A DNA stretch of 63,134 nucleotides, the filler included, from Rhabdomonas costata (taxonomy: Eukaryota): NCBI GenBank assembly GCA_019059605.1. It is 53 parts of 53 records of this genome, joined end to end, with 100 filler letters (N's around TTAATTAATTAA, not from the genome) between each part and the next. Parts side by side here need not be neighbours in the genome. Positions count along the whole stretch, not along the records: positions 47,727 to 48,819 come from JAHMHO010029000.1; positions 48,920 to 50,012 come from JAHMHO010029001.1; positions 50,113 to 51,205 come from JAHMHO010029002.1; positions 51,306 to 52,398 come from JAHMHO010029003.1; positions 52,499 to 53,591 come from JAHMHO010029004.1; positions 53,692 to 54,784 come from JAHMHO010029005.1; positions 54,885 to 55,977 come from JAHMHO010029006.1; positions 56,078 to 57,170 come from JAHMHO010029007.1; 45 more parts are not named here. One strand, given 5' to 3'. The stretch's first letter is position 1. The number at the start of each line of letters is the position of its first letter. A model generated the notes under the pieces. It made no database searches and had not been told where the DNA came from. It worked only from the letters and a program-made list of their open reading frames with translations. This document shows, piece by piece, positions 48,788 through 62,102 of this stretch. The position numbers were made by a program, and so were the translations under genes.

Positions 48788-50112
48788 GTGTGTCGGTGGG
48801 GGACACTGGCCAACCAACCNNNNNNNNNNNNNNNNNNNNNNNNNNNNNNNNNNNNNNNNNNNNTTAATTAATTAANNNNNNNNNNNNNNNNNNNNNNNNN
48901 NNNNNNNNNNNNNNNNNNNATTCCAAGGGACGAAGCAGCAGAAGAGCAGCAAGCAGCAGCGCAGTGGCAGAAGAGAAGTTCAGAAGGGAGGACAGTCAAA
49001 GAAAAGAGGAGCTCGGTAAGAAATTGCCGAGGGCCAAAGGCCAGAGGCAGAAGGGTTGCAAGAGTAAAGCGGCAGAGTTGCATGGGAAAGAAGTTTTTGC
49101 ACAAGAGAGTTGCATCGAAGAAAGAAGAATTCGGGAAAGCTCGAAGATTACGACATGAATGTCGCAAGTGGCGGAATTCGATGAACGTTGACTTCTTCAA
49201 AAGAAGAAATTCGACTGCATCGAAGGATGTTGTTTGCGAGTTCTCTGGACCAGTTTTTCTGTCAGAGTGGTCTTTTTGTTGGAGAGGGGATGGAAAGAGC
49301 GTGAGCAAAGTGTTTGGTCTTTGATTTCCTTTGTTTGTGCTTCTGTTGGTTGTGCGTTGTAATTAGGTTGCAAGGGATAAGCGCGGAGGCGAAAGAGCCG
49401 GCGCAAAACCCAGAGGGAAGTAGAGAGTGGGGATTGCAGCTGTTGCAGTTGTGGTTGTGAACCCTGCTGTGCTTGCACTGTTGCTGCTTCAGTGCTGCGG
49501 AAGTCCCAGCCTGCTTGAATGGAGGAGTGCGGCAGAAGGGGTACCGAGAGTCGCACCCAGCCCGCCCCCGTGAATAAGCAGTGCCCGAGGCCGCGCGCCA
49601 GCAGAAGTCAAGACACCAGGTTCCCCCTTGCAAAGCTCGTATCCCCTTTTCCTTCTGTTGGTTCGCGGAGTAAAACAGAGAGAGATTGCCCCGCCGCCCC
49701 CTTTGCATAACCCGAGGAAAGACTGAAAAGCCCTGCACGCCTTCCCCCTTTGCAGCAGCAGACAGGACACTCGCACCACAGACCGGGGGATACCCAAGGT
49801 CCCTTGCACGCCGGACTTAGTCGAAGCCGTCCCGGTTGTAAGATAGCCACGCTTTTGGGAACTCCCACGGTAAGCAGTAACATTGCCCACTTTGCGAAAG
49901 AATGGTCGCGATAAGGCTGCTGAAACTGCGTGCCCCAAGGAACCACCGCCCGACGCCGGGTTACACGTAAGTGGTAGGGTTGCCCGTTGGGCCGTGACAG
50001 CGGGCAACCCCANNNNNNNNNNNNNNNNNNNNNNNNNNNNNNNNNNNNNNNNNNNNTTAATTAATTAANNNNNNNNNNNNNNNNNNNNNNNNNNNNNNNN
50101 NNNNNNNNNNNN

Positions 50113-50660
50113 GTGTGGGGGGGGGAACGGGTGAGTCCAAACCGAAGTCGACCCGAGAGGTGATGCTGCTATCGCCCGCGCCCGCGCTGAGCCGTCGCTT
50201 CTTCGCAGCCGGAGAAGATGCCTCGGTCGACTTCGCCCCAGAAAGCTGCTCACTGCGCCAGGGGTGGTGGTGAAGAGAGCCCTCCATGAACACAATGCTA
50301 AGGATTTAGCTGAATTTGGCACAATGGGCCGGCGAACATGTACATGACGCATTACGTTCCAACGCCTATTAGAGCTCTTGCTTCATGTTTTACAAAGCAT
50401 TCGCACCCGCAACAGTAACAACAACAGTACATCTGAACTTTGCCATCGATCTTCTTTCTGCCAGGAACACATTCCGGCTTTCAAGAAACGAGCACAAGGA
50501 ACGGGCACGATAGGGGGGGGGGAGGAACGAGATGCACCTGAGAAATTTCAGGAAGTAGTATCGGACATCGTCGTATGGGACGAGGTACTCTTTCTGAAAG
50601 GCCTGCAAGGCGCTGGCACCACCGGTGTGTAGCAGCCGCACCAAGAACTTCTCGAAACCA
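50113..50660 (-). CDS. NOC4L: Nucleolar complex protein 4 homolog, exons 50660-50538 and 50297->50113
   Basis: FEKFLVRLL...FQKEYLVPYDDVRYYFLK matches the NOC4 F..Y...YDDVRYY motif; in-phase splice, followed by NLS-like AKKRRL. Confidence 0.7.
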
Positions 50661-51538
50661 CTGCACAAATAACCACTAAAAACTGCCCATCTCAAAGGAG
50701 GTCAGTTGTGCTGCAAAGGGACGGCGAGGTCTTCGTCTCTGAAAAAGCTGGTTGATCGACTCGAGATGAGGGCAGGAGCTTTCAAAGCTACCCCTGGGGC
50801 GAGAGATCGGACTTGGGTTTTGTAAGTTCACGTTGCGCTTAATCTGCCTTTTTTGACAAGGCGCACAGGCTCGGGCCTTGGCTGAAGCAGAACATCCCGA
50901 AACAAGGCAGAGGCGCTTTCGTGCAAAGTCACTTCGCAGAGCTGGAATCTCCAGCCCTTTCCCAAACCATCATTTGTACACTGTCCCAGTCACCCAAACC
51001 AAAAACGTTTGCCAACTCCTTCCAGATACCCAGACACCCCTTATAGTTTGATTATGCTAGGTCACACTCCAGAAAAAAAATAGGCACTGCAGGAAAGTGC
51101 GGAGCAAGGGGGTGCGATGGCGAGGCAAATGGTTCTGTACCCGTTACCTTTGCAGGTTCTCAACGAAGGATTCGTAGGAATCAGAACCGCTCCAGACCCA
51201 ACCCCNNNNNNNNNNNNNNNNNNNNNNNNNNNNNNNNNNNNNNNNNNNNTTAATTAATTAANNNNNNNNNNNNNNNNNNNNNNNNNNNNNNNNNNNNNNN
51301 NNNNNGTGGGGGGGTTCTGCAGTTCAAAAGCGAGAGCACTATGCAAAAGCTCCGGTCGCACTGCAGAACCCCTCCGCTGCGATTGACAGTTGGATCAAGA
51401 AAGGCCTCAGAACAGTTCCCATCAATACGCCTCAGTGCCCCGGCTCCACTGCCAGCAATGCGACACCCCAAAAGTCTCAGCGGTGTCATTGCAGCGCACG
51501 GGCGGAAGCACGTGCGACACCATTCCACTCAAACAGAC

Positions 51539-52303
51539 CCATATGAACATTGCGCAGGACTTCCCACAGCTGGTCGTCCGTGTAGTCCCCAAAGGGATCC
51601 AGGTTCACTCGCACCGTCCCGCTGAACAGCACGGGCTCCTGCGCAATCACGGCCAGGCGGCTGCGCAGCGTAAGCAGGCCAATCCCAGAGACGTCCACCC
51701 CGTCAATCTGCAAGCGTAGAACGACCCCACCACACACCATAGTCCCAACACCATCCCACAATAGGCAAACCCACCACAATCAACCGATTCAGTGGTTGAA
51801 GGAAACAAGACGTCACCATGTCCACGAAAAAGGAGGTGGGGGTGGGGGAGGCGCAGCGACGAGAGGGACTCGCACCACAATCGCGCCCGCCTCGGGCTCC
51901 ACCAGCCGCAGCAGCACCAGCATCACGCTGCTCTTCCCTATGAAGACGTGCATTCAGGAGAAAAGAGGGTCGAAGCTGGGATGCGGATGCGTGAGTGTGG
52001 GCCTTAAGGTGCGAGGTGGGGGAGAGAGTTTCAACGCGAACGTGTTGCGGCCACGGGAGTACACAGAGGGTACACAGAGTCTCTCTCTCTCTCTTTCTCT
52101 TTGGCGTGAGGGGTGTCGAAGTGCTGAATTCTACTAGCCTCTGCCCCCAGTGTGGAAAGTGCCGAGGGGACGGTGAGGCGAGAGGGGGGGCGTGCACCGG
52201 CGCCGGTGCGGCCCACCACCCCTACGCGCTGCCCGGCCTGGATGTGCACGGAGAGCCCCCGCAGCACCAGAGGCAGCCCAGGGCGGTACCGCACCTGCAC
52301 ATC
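51539..52303 (-). CDS. ABCC/MRP transporter NBD2, exons 52303-52198, 51937-51876, 51707-51539
   Basis: [14 protein letters not shown]...[13 protein letters not shown] (Walker A split by an intron)...IDGVDV...[26 protein letters not shown]. Confidence 0.95.
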
Positions 52304-53073
52304 CTGCACCCACCCGCCCAGACACACATTTCCACACAGATCCCCAAGACCCACCGCAGAGCAGGCCACGCGCCAACACACAGTCAGGACCACAACACNN
52401 NNNNNNNNNNNNNNNNNNNNNNNNNNNNNNNNNNNNNNNNNNTTAATTAATTAANNNNNNNNNNNNNNNNNNNNNNNNNNNNNNNNNNNNNNNNNNNNCT
52501 CCACACTCCTTCCTTGGGGGGCTGGGGTCTTTCCTCGCGGGAACGGCCCTTGGGGCTTTTCTTTCGGATGGGTAAACGGGCAGCACCGGTATCTGCAGGC
52601 GTCGCCGTGCCAGCACTTCGCTCTGCTCCTCTCCGTTCCTCTTCTGATGCTCTGCCGTCGCATGCATTTCCGTTTTCAGCATCTATCATCCGCTGCTTCC
52701 CACTTTTCTCCCACTCCGTTACAACCACCTCACTCTAAACCAAACCACTTTCCATTTCTGGCTTTACTCGAATCCCGAGTTTGGTGACCTTTTGTCTCGG
52801 TTGTTAGCCTGTTGCCCGCAACCCAGTTCCATGTCTCATTTTCTCCTTCATCTTTTTCCTTTTGCCCGCCTCTCCCGTTCATGTGTGTTACAGCGCTGTG
52901 CCGTAGCCTGCAGCGATACCCTGCATTGCTGCCGTGACTCCCGAAAATATTGTTGTTGATGATAATGATGTAACCACCAAAAAATTTTCGGAATCAAACA
53001 ATTCACAAAAATATCACATCTTTGCATAGTGCACAAGAAGTTAAAGCCGCACTCACTCCGTACTCTGACAAAC

Positions 53074-53317
53074 CCTCATGATGCAGTAACATCAGGCCCT
53101 CCAGAATCTGCCTGAGGTAGCTTCGGCAGCGGTCAGCTTGCACCCTCCCGGCACTCTTCAGCACGTCCTCCAGGGACTGATCCATACGCTCCATCACAAT
53201 TAGCAGCCGCCTCTGGAAGTCAAAGACGTCCAGCAGCCTCACGATGTGGGGATGGCTGTGCTTCTCCAAGCTCCTGAGAATCTTTGCCTGTGATCTCACC
53301 GAGTTCCACATGTACAA
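53074..53317 (-). CDS. CDK/CMGC-like Ser/Thr kinase exon
   Basis: KILRSLEKHSHPHIVRLLDVF...LLIVMERMDQSL...RSYLRQILEGLMLLH. Confidence 0.85.
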
Positions 53318-53854
53318 AACACCTCAAGCTCGAACCCAACCCGAACCCAAAAACACGCAAAAAAAGGACACGCAAACATACACACATACATGCACACACA
53401 CACACACACACACACACAACTCACGGCAACAAAAACAACACCTCCAGCTCAAACCCATCCCCAGGTGCCACGCCACAACCAGCACACGCACACACATACC
53501 TCACACGACAATCATCAAATTACTGATCCTCTCTTCCAGCCCCCCCCCCCGAACAAAACACCTGTTTTCCTGCTTAGTACCACCCACCCACNNNNNNNNN
53601 NNNNNNNNNNNNNNNNNNNNNNNNNNNNNNNNNNNTTAATTAATTAANNNNNNNNNNNNNNNNNNNNNNNNNNNNNNNNNNNNNNNNNNNNGGGTTGGTG
53701 GTGAGCGCATCTCGCATCATTGCTTCGGGTGGTCAGGCCTTTCTTTTTGCTGAATAACTCACTCGACTCATCCGACTCATCCGCTTTTGTCGGATTCTGT
53801 TGAGGTTACAACTTGTTACTGCGTTGCGCAACTCCCTTGCATTCCAACTCTCAG

Positions 53855-54386
53855 TGACGAGCAGGGCAAGATGCAGGGCTCCCCCGCGAAGCCCGTCGCG
53901 AAGTTCGACGGTGGGAAGCCCCGGGAGCCCGCTCAGCTAGTCTCGGAGGCGACTCAGACAGAGGCCCCAAGTACGTTGCCGCTGCCTTTCACAGTACCAA
54001 ACTTTTTTGTTGTTGAATGAAAACATAAGGATCGAAATTGGTAAAATAGTGACCGTTGACATGTCTGCTGGCCTTGTTTCCATCACAATAAATACCCCTG
54101 AAATGCTCGCGGACTGTGGCGTTGGTTTAGTTTATTGGTGAACGGCAACCAACCCTTGAGGGGTAGGCACCCAGGAGCAGAGAGGAGGAGCTCTTCGGTC
54201 GGTTCCGGTCAGACGACAACTTTCATTGTTGCTGCCGCCCCGTTTCCGCGTTGGTTTCCTTGCTGGCTGCGGGACTGTGGTCGCACAGGCCTGCTCGAAG
54301 GGGTCGGGCCTATGGAGCCCATCGCAGAGGCAGCTTTGCTGAAAGACAGGCTGGAGTGGGCGCACCGGGAGGTTTCTTCGCTGAGG
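53855..54386 (+). CDS. Unknown protein with coiled-coil segment, exons 53855-53970 and 54289-54386
   Basis: Both exons have CAG acceptors and GTACGT donors and join in frame (...TQTEAP-S-LLEGVGP...LKDRLEWAHREVSSLR). Confidence 0.45.
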
Positions 54387-57010
54387 GTACGTCTTTGCGC
54401 AGAAATGAGCGGGGGGGGGGCAAGTGGAAAAGCTTTTCTGTGTATATCCGCTGCTGTGCTCCTTTTGGGGGTCATGTGCACCATTGGTGCTCAACAAGCG
54501 GGTCTTGCGGGTGTTTTCAAAATTTCCCAGTTATCCTGATTACCAAACAAATTCGAGGTTACCTCCTTCCCGACACCGGAGGCTTGATTCCCGTTTGACG
54601 CCAATCCCATGGATATGTTATTTCAGGATTTGTGGCCACAGAACCGTTTTTTCATCCTTGGTTGATGTTGTCCACAAGATGACTTTCCCTGATTCCGGTC
54701 AAGACATCGCTCTATTTGTCATGACGCAGACGTTTTTGAGCGGCAGCTTTGCACTTTTGCGGAATGGTGTAGCGCGTATCATTGNNNNNNNNNNNNNNNN
54801 NNNNNNNNNNNNNNNNNNNNNNNNNNNNTTAATTAATTAANNNNNNNNNNNNNNNNNNNNNNNNNNNNNNNNNNNNNNNNNNNNGGTGGTTCATCATGCA
54901 CTCAGCCAAGAGTGGAGCTTGCTGGCTAGATTTCGTGACCAACTTAAACTCAACATCATGGCCTTGGTTGTGGTGGTTTTTTTCTGACTTGCCCGGCCTT
55001 TTTTTTCGAGTGGATTTCGGTTTGGCTTGGTTTGATGTCGTCTACTGTCGCTTCGCAACCATGCTTCACCCTTTCTGTGAGACGGAAGTTTCCAACAGGA
55101 AACTGAACATCATACTTCAAAGGAGCTTGTTTTGCGTCACTTCGTGTCAAACCGCAACAACATGAAAATCGTACAAGTCATCACCCGGACACCACAACTC
55201 CATCAGAAAACCATTCGAACCCCACACAGCAAAAGGCAGCTCCTTCCCCGTCTTCTGTTCGCAATTGTGACATCTCGTAGACCACGTGGTACCCCAACAA
55301 GCTGCCTCGACTGGGCTCCATCCACTGCATGGGCGGATGTCTTGACTTGGGGCTGTATGCCGTGGCTTGCAACCCGAACACCCTGCACATTTTGGGTAAG
55401 TACCCCCCTTTCCAGTGCATCACAATGTGTGGTAATTCCTTTGTCTGCTTTACCGCATGAATAGTCGCTTTTCCGTGGACCTTGACCAACCATCGATTGC
55501 TTTGCTGCTGCAGGCTGCCAGCTCCTTATGCCGAGGGTTTTTTATGGAATGTCAATGGAACTCAAGTCTGCAAGGGCGTGACTGGTCCCCGGTGTCGATA
55601 TTACTAACTACCTTGCTCTTCTCGCCATGCTCTAACGATGCTATGGAGGGGGGGGACGCATGGTGTGCGCGCCGATATTAGATGACGGTTTCCTGATTCG
55701 AAAGTGAATTGGAATTGGTAAGTGCGGTTCCGTGATTGCATAACTGGGGATGGGGGTGGAGAGGACGCAGCCTCGATCCATCAACCGTCGCATAACCGGT
55801 TAATCGTTTAGTCGAACTGATGAGTCTTTGGTGATTCTGTTAGTTTGTTAACACTGAACACGGGGATCATCCACACTTACTATTCCGATGCCTCACAGAA
55901 AAAGATGGAGAGCGTGGGGTGGCTTTGACCGTTTTTTCTTTTTTCACACCGCAGGAGTTTTGTGCTACCCCACCCACNNNNNNNNNNNNNNNNNNNNNNN
56001 NNNNNNNNNNNNNNNNNNNNNTTAATTAATTAANNNNNNNNNNNNNNNNNNNNNNNNNNNNNNNNNNNNNNNNNNNNTTCCAGAGATCAGAGGGTACCAC
56101 TGCGGTTCCGCAGAGTCCCACGCCGCTTTTTAGACTTGCGTGCGTCGGGGGGTGGTGACGGGGGTGCGTGTCGCTTGAGTCGAGGTCCACGGCTGGGCCG
56201 TCCTCGAGAGATTGGAGCAGCTGCCTGGGCGGATCCGGTTGGCGAATGGGGTGAGAGGGCGGCAGCTGCAGGAGAGCTGAGGAGTCCGGGCAGGAGGCGA
56301 AGGCATTGGAGGATCAACCCGATTGAAGAGTCGGGCAGGCCAGAGTTCGAAGGTAGAGAGCAGGTTGGGGGTTCCCGTGGGTGAGAGCAGAGTGACAGTT
56401 CGGGGGAGAGAATGGAAGCGGTATGGTTTGATGTAGATGCTGGCAGTGCGAGGGGAACTCCAGCGCCCCCACTGGCAGAGGTCAGCGAGAGGGAGACGGA
56501 GGAGATGCAGGGTAGCGGCGGCGCCGCGTCTTGCCCCCCCTCCCAAGTGATTGTAAGGTCGAGATAGTGTTTACTATCGCACATATATTGCCTTTTGAAG
56601 ATTATGGTAACGTAATGTTGATAGTTTACCATTGTCTTTCTGATAGTGTTGATCCCAAATTGGACGCTCCCTCTATTAAACTTCAGTAAAGGCGCTGGCG
56701 ACACCCGGTAGAGGCAAGAGGTCAAACAGAAACTCCAGCTTCCCCCCAAATTAGGGGGGGGGGGAGCAAAACACAAAAGGACAAAAGTCACCGAAACAAT
56801 GATTACACTCAGCAATGTGAACTCTTTCGCAAACTCTTGTTTCGCACACGTAAAGTCAAATCTCGTCACTTAACCCTGGTCAGCGCACAGCACAGCGCCG
56901 AGGAAGATCGTCTCTGCATCCCTCTCAGGCTGCAGGTGCAATGAGCATTCCGACCAGTAGATCGAATAGCGTTTGCTGTCGGACCGATGGAAAACGTTGC
57001 CTTCGGGACT

Positions 57011-57166
57011 TTGGGTCAAGAGGATGACTTTTCTCGTGTTTCTGTGTGCTTTGGTACTTCGCAGTTGCTCCTTTTCTCAACATTGAAACAATGAGGCGGT
57101 GGGCAGCAGATGTGCGAAGTACCAAAGCACACAGAAACACGAGAAAAGTCATCCTCTTGACCCAAA
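57011..57166. repeat. Long (~50-bp arm) perfect inverted repeat at contig end; probable fold-back
   Basis: TTTGGGTCAAGAGGATGACTTTTCTCGTGTTTCTGTGTGCTTTGGTACTTCGCA and its exact reverse complement, ending at the A/C tail. Confidence 0.9.
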
Positions 57167-58463
57167 CCCCNNNNNNNNNNNNNNNNNNNNNNNNNNNNNN
57201 NNNNNNNNNNNNNNTTAATTAATTAANNNNNNNNNNNNNNNNNNNNNNNNNNNNNNNNNNNNNNNNNNNNCAATGATCTGTTGTTGGTGGGGTGTTGGGG
57301 TCTGGGACTTTGTGGTGGGCCGAATGCGGTGCTTCTTTTTGCAACCCGCTTCACATTAGAAGTTTTTTCCAATCCCAAGAAACATGTGTCGCACCGATAG
57401 CAAGCTGGGGAGGGCATGTCCCATATCAACTAAATTTCTTTTTCCCAATCTTTTTTTTCGCTCTTCTCCGCCCTGTACGCAAAGCAGCCTGTGTGAGGGG
57501 GGGGGGTGCTCGCAAATGGACCTGAGGGCTATCCCACATGCCAGAGCCTGCGGCCTGGTGGGGGGGGGTGAGCATCGCGGCGGGCATTTTCCTCACAGGC
57601 CTTCCAAAAAACTTGAGGCCCAAGCACAGCGTATAAAAAGGGATTGCCAACAAAGCAAACAACGAAGAGCACCAATTGACAATCAAAACGAGTGCAAAGT
57701 CGAGAAAAGAAAGCAAAAACAGGAAGGGCCTTGTAATGAAAGGGACGTACCGGAGCATTCCTTCACGCACCCACATTCCCTATTCTCTGAAAGGCAACGG
57801 GGCACGTACACAGTTTTTGTGGTGTTGCGGATCCGAACCTCATATTATCTTTCCACACCAGCACAGGCCTCGAAACCACAAAAAAGGAACTTCTTTAGTG
57901 AAAACAGACCGAAAATGATAACACTCTTATTTCAAGCGAGTTTTCTTGGTAAGATTCCCAAAACAATGCGAAGGCCGAAGGTTGCGCCAGAAGCGGGCGG
58001 GTCTCGACATGCCTTCCAGCAAGGAGGAAGGGGGAGAGGGTACAGGGGAAGAGGCATTCGCCGCCCTGCGGAATGACGACCGCATGCCTTTCCCAAAAAG
58101 GGACTGTAATTTGATGAGACATGAGTGCGGTCTGGAGAGGTGTGCTCGACGATGAAAATGATGACAGCAGAGTTAGAATGTTGACCAGGGTGACAATGTC
58201 CGCGTGTCGAGCGGAAGCACCTGAAAAGAGAAATCTGATTGCTATCCTCCTCATGAAGCTTGCATTGCTCACGCATTGTTTCACCCAAACGCATTCACTA
58301 TTCTACTTCCATCAGCTCAGCACCTGTTTTCCGACATTCTGATTACCTTTCTGACCAACCCCCNNNNNNNNNNNNNNNNNNNNNNNNNNNNNNNNNNNNN
58401 NNNNNNNTTAATTAATTAANNNNNNNNNNNNNNNNNNNNNNNNNNNNNNNNNNNNNNNNNNNN

Positions 58464-59556
58464 AAGGTGCCCCTGGAGGTGGCCCTCCTGGACAGCAAGG
58501 ACGACGGCTCGGCCACGGCTCTGCTCATGCCCACTCTGAGCTCGAAGGCGATGGAGGTGAACTGCATCATCGATCCTGAGAAGGGCTCCACGCTTGCCCA
58601 CCACACCGCGCGTTTCAAAATGTCGAAGTGCACGGAGGCGCTGGTGGAGGCGGGAGCGGACGTGAGCTTGAAGGTCCCTGAGTACTCGCTTGCCCCCCCA
58701 ACTCTCCTTCTCCTCAGCCTATGGTTGGAAGTAAATGGATCACAGATCACGCTACCCGTCATTCAAGTAAGGGGAATGCCCCGGAGCCTTTAGAGAGGGG
58801 CACGTGAGCACTTTGAGTTGAATGATCAGCTCATCGGTGGACACCTGCGTCTTGTTCATTCGCTGCCCTTTTCTCTGCAGCTATCCTTGATTAGCGTTGA
58901 GATGTGGTTCAGCCTGTATGCCACAGTGATAGGGAAAAGGCCGCTGTCCTTGTGGCGGGATTTTGATAGTCCGCGAGGAAAATCTTCCTGGATTGTGCTC
59001 CCCAAAAGAAAACTTTTCCAGCAGTCCCCCTGTGCCTCCCCCCACCCACTACCCACACACTCGCACACGCAAAAAAGCCAAAAATCCCTTGTCATCAAAA
59101 AGTTTGGGAATTAAGCATGCATAAAAACATCGAAAAAAAAGTCAACGATCTCGATTTCTGCTATTTCAAACCGAGAAGGTGGCCCTTCTTTTCTTGGGCT
59201 CAGCGACACGCACAACCCACAGCGAAGTAATCTGTTTGCTGCTGTAATGGAAGCACCCGTTTGTGAGCTTACATGCGGCGGCTGCCGTGGAAATGGGGCC
59301 CTGCTCTGCCCTGCCCCTCCAGCGGCCAACTTCGCGGAGTGGGAGTGGGAGCGAGGAAAGCTTTCCTTCCGGCGGGGTGTGGGGCGGTACACACCTTACC
59401 TTGCCCTGCGGTCTCAGGATAAAGCCGGAAAGGTGCCCCTGGAGGTGGCCCTCCTGGACAGCAAGGACGACGGCTCGGCCACGGCGCTGCTCATGCCCAC
59501 TCTGAGCTCGAAGGCGATGGAGGTGAACTGCATCATCGATCCTGAGAAGGGCTCCA
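58464..59556 (+). CDS. Ankyrin-repeat protein built from tandemly duplicated exons (<58464-58673 and 59418->59556)
   Basis: GSTLAHHTARFKMSKCTEALVEAGADVSLK|DKAGKVPLEVAL; the phase-0 GT-AG intron 58674-59417 restores the ankyrin GADV...D..G..PL motif. Confidence 0.88.
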
Positions 59557-61396
59557 NNNNNNNNNNNNNNNNNNNNNNNNNNNNNNNNNNNNNNNNNNNN
59601 TTAATTAATTAANNNNNNNNNNNNNNNNNNNNNNNNNNNNNNNNNNNNNNNNNNNNTTTTGGTTCACGTTCGTGAATCACGTGGTTCACAGTTTCAGCCT
59701 AAGCCCAAAAGATCGGAGCTTGGTGATGGCCTGTGGTCGGTGTGCGTGTATTCTTTCGAAAATTTCGCGCTGAAGTCCCTTTTTTCTTCACAAGGAACGG
59801 AACACTGCACATTCCTGTTTCACTGTCCACTTGATTCGCGCTCTTTCTCTCTCTCTCTCTCTCTGATCTTGAATAGACGTGCTAGCTAATGATTTAGTGC
59901 AGTGCAGTGCAGGGGGGACGCAGGCAAGGTGTAGCACTTGGGTAGGGGGAACACGGGGAGCAGGTCACACCAATGAAAAAAGCGAGCTCGGCAAATGGAA
60001 CATAGTCGCGGGGAGCATGCGCGTCATGTGCGACAGTACGGTGTAGGTAAATGGGGACGCACATCATGAGGTGCAGGTGGTGCTGATGGTCTACAGGATG
60101 TCCCCATCGACGAAGACGATGGGGATGACCTCCTTCTTGATCTCTCTCTCTCTTTCAGTAAGACATCAGATCATTCAGCTACTCAACGCAGAGTTCACCC
60201 CTTTCACCTCACTTACACACACACTCTCTCTTTCTGTCTCTCTGCTTCAGCCCCTATCTGAGCCTCCGTTCACCCATTTGGCACTGTCCCAGACCCACAA
60301 GTTCATCGCCACCTTTGACGTTCAAGGTCAGCCCTCCCCTCTTGATGTCTGTCGCCGCTAAAAGGCTTGTGTGGGTTCCTTCTGTCTTGAAGGTTGGGCT
60401 GAGAAGTCCTCCACGGATTGGGGGAGTGGGGTGGCTTACACAACTTATGCACTGTCCCAGTCACTCAAATCAGAGGCGAACAAGAAGAAAAAATCCGCGC
60501 ACCCTGCCACTTTGCCACCGGTGAACAACATATCAAGCTAAATTGTTGCGTTGGGAGCGCGTGGGTATGGGTCAATTATGTCGGTGTGCAGGCTCCTTCA
60601 CAAAGCAATGAGTGACTCCCCCCCCCCCCACACACACGCTATTCAGGGCATCATTCAGCTTAATAATGATCACTACTCGCGGGGGGGGGGGCAGTGATCA
60701 CTATTCAGTACCATTACACAACAGGAAAAAGGTTCACGGCACAACAACCNNNNNNNNNNNNNNNNNNNNNNNNNNNNNNNNNNNNNNNNNNNNTTAATTA
60801 ATTAANNNNNNNNNNNNNNNNNNNNNNNNNNNNNNNNNNNNNNNNNNNNCCTTTGGAATTTTGACCTGGGGTAGGGGCATCACCTTGTAGCCGGAGATTT
60901 GAAATGATGGTGATGCACGGATGCACGGGTGCGCCAAACTGGATAACCGGTGGGACAGCCCGAAGAGAAGCTGTCTTTCGTTCCACGAGGTTGCCCAAAG
61001 ACACGGCCTTCTACGTCACTCCACTACTACTGTCACAGACAGGAACAACGAACGATACCGGAATTCTTGATTGGTATGGCCCGCGCCATGTCAAAAGACA
61101 AACGACAGGCCACGGGCACACCGGGAAATCATCGGCATACCCCAGAAACGGTGATCTGAAATTAGGAGCTTCGAATGTAAGAAACAATTCCCAGACATGT
61201 TCAGAAAAGACGACTTTTAACTATCCCTAAACCCCGTGTAAGTCCAAATGGTTGCTTTTGGTACTACTTCCCTCTCTACATGTATGTCAGAAACAGAGTG
61301 GAGAGGGAGCCAGATAAAGGTGAAGGGGGATGGAAAGGTGACCTCAGAGTAGGAAGGAAAACAGACTAAGGGTGAGGGCTGTGAGAAATGCAATAC

Positions 61397-61902
61397 CACT
61401 CCGGAGACCACGAGCAAAGCTTTTGAGGACCGTAGGCATCGCTCATTCGTGAGCCCCGAAAGGCCTCGAGCTGATCGTACGGGTTTGGGTTGGGGTCGCT
61501 GTACGTCGGAACCGTGAAGAGGTACCTGCAGAAGGGCCACAACCCAGAGGGAAAGAGAAACAGCCACAACCAGACTTTAATGGCTGTGCTTTGCACATAC
61601 CCTAAGATCTAAAGGGTCTTCTGCAGCATAAACGACTAGTATACAAAGAAAAGAATAAAGGTATATCCAGGCATCAGCAAACCGTAAAGAAAACCGTGCG
61701 GATTCACAGGAGTCATTTTTGGGGGCATAAAAGACGAGTAATCTCATCGCTGTGTGGATCGCTCATGTGTGCGTGGGGGGTGGGGGTGGATAGAGTTCAA
61801 AAGACGACGGTGAACTCACCCGGGAGGATCCGTGCACTTGAACTGGTCCAGGAAGGTTTGCTGCTGGATCCCAATCTGGTGGGCCCCCGGCCCAAGAGTG
61901 TA
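61397..61902 (-). CDS. Unknown protein, exons 61902-61820 and 61525-61397
   Basis: TTTCCAG and CTGCAG acceptors; in-phase join ...FKCTDPPG-YLFTVPTYSDPNPNPYDQL. Confidence 0.45.
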
Positions 61903-62102
61903 CTGGAAATGAGAAGAATACGAATAGCAGCACAAACCACANNNNNNNNNNNNNNNNNNNNNNNNNNNNNNNNNNNNNNNNNNNNTTAATTAATTAANNN
62001 NNNNNNNNNNNNNNNNNNNNNNNNNNNNNNNNNNNNNNNNNGTGGGGTGGGGTTCTTTACATTCTAATGTGCGCGCCTCGTTGTTAAATGCCATCATTGC
62101 AG

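Noticed and set aside
55817..55860. CTGATGAG as a hammerhead ribozyme core
   Set aside because: No stem II closure or GAAA core follows.
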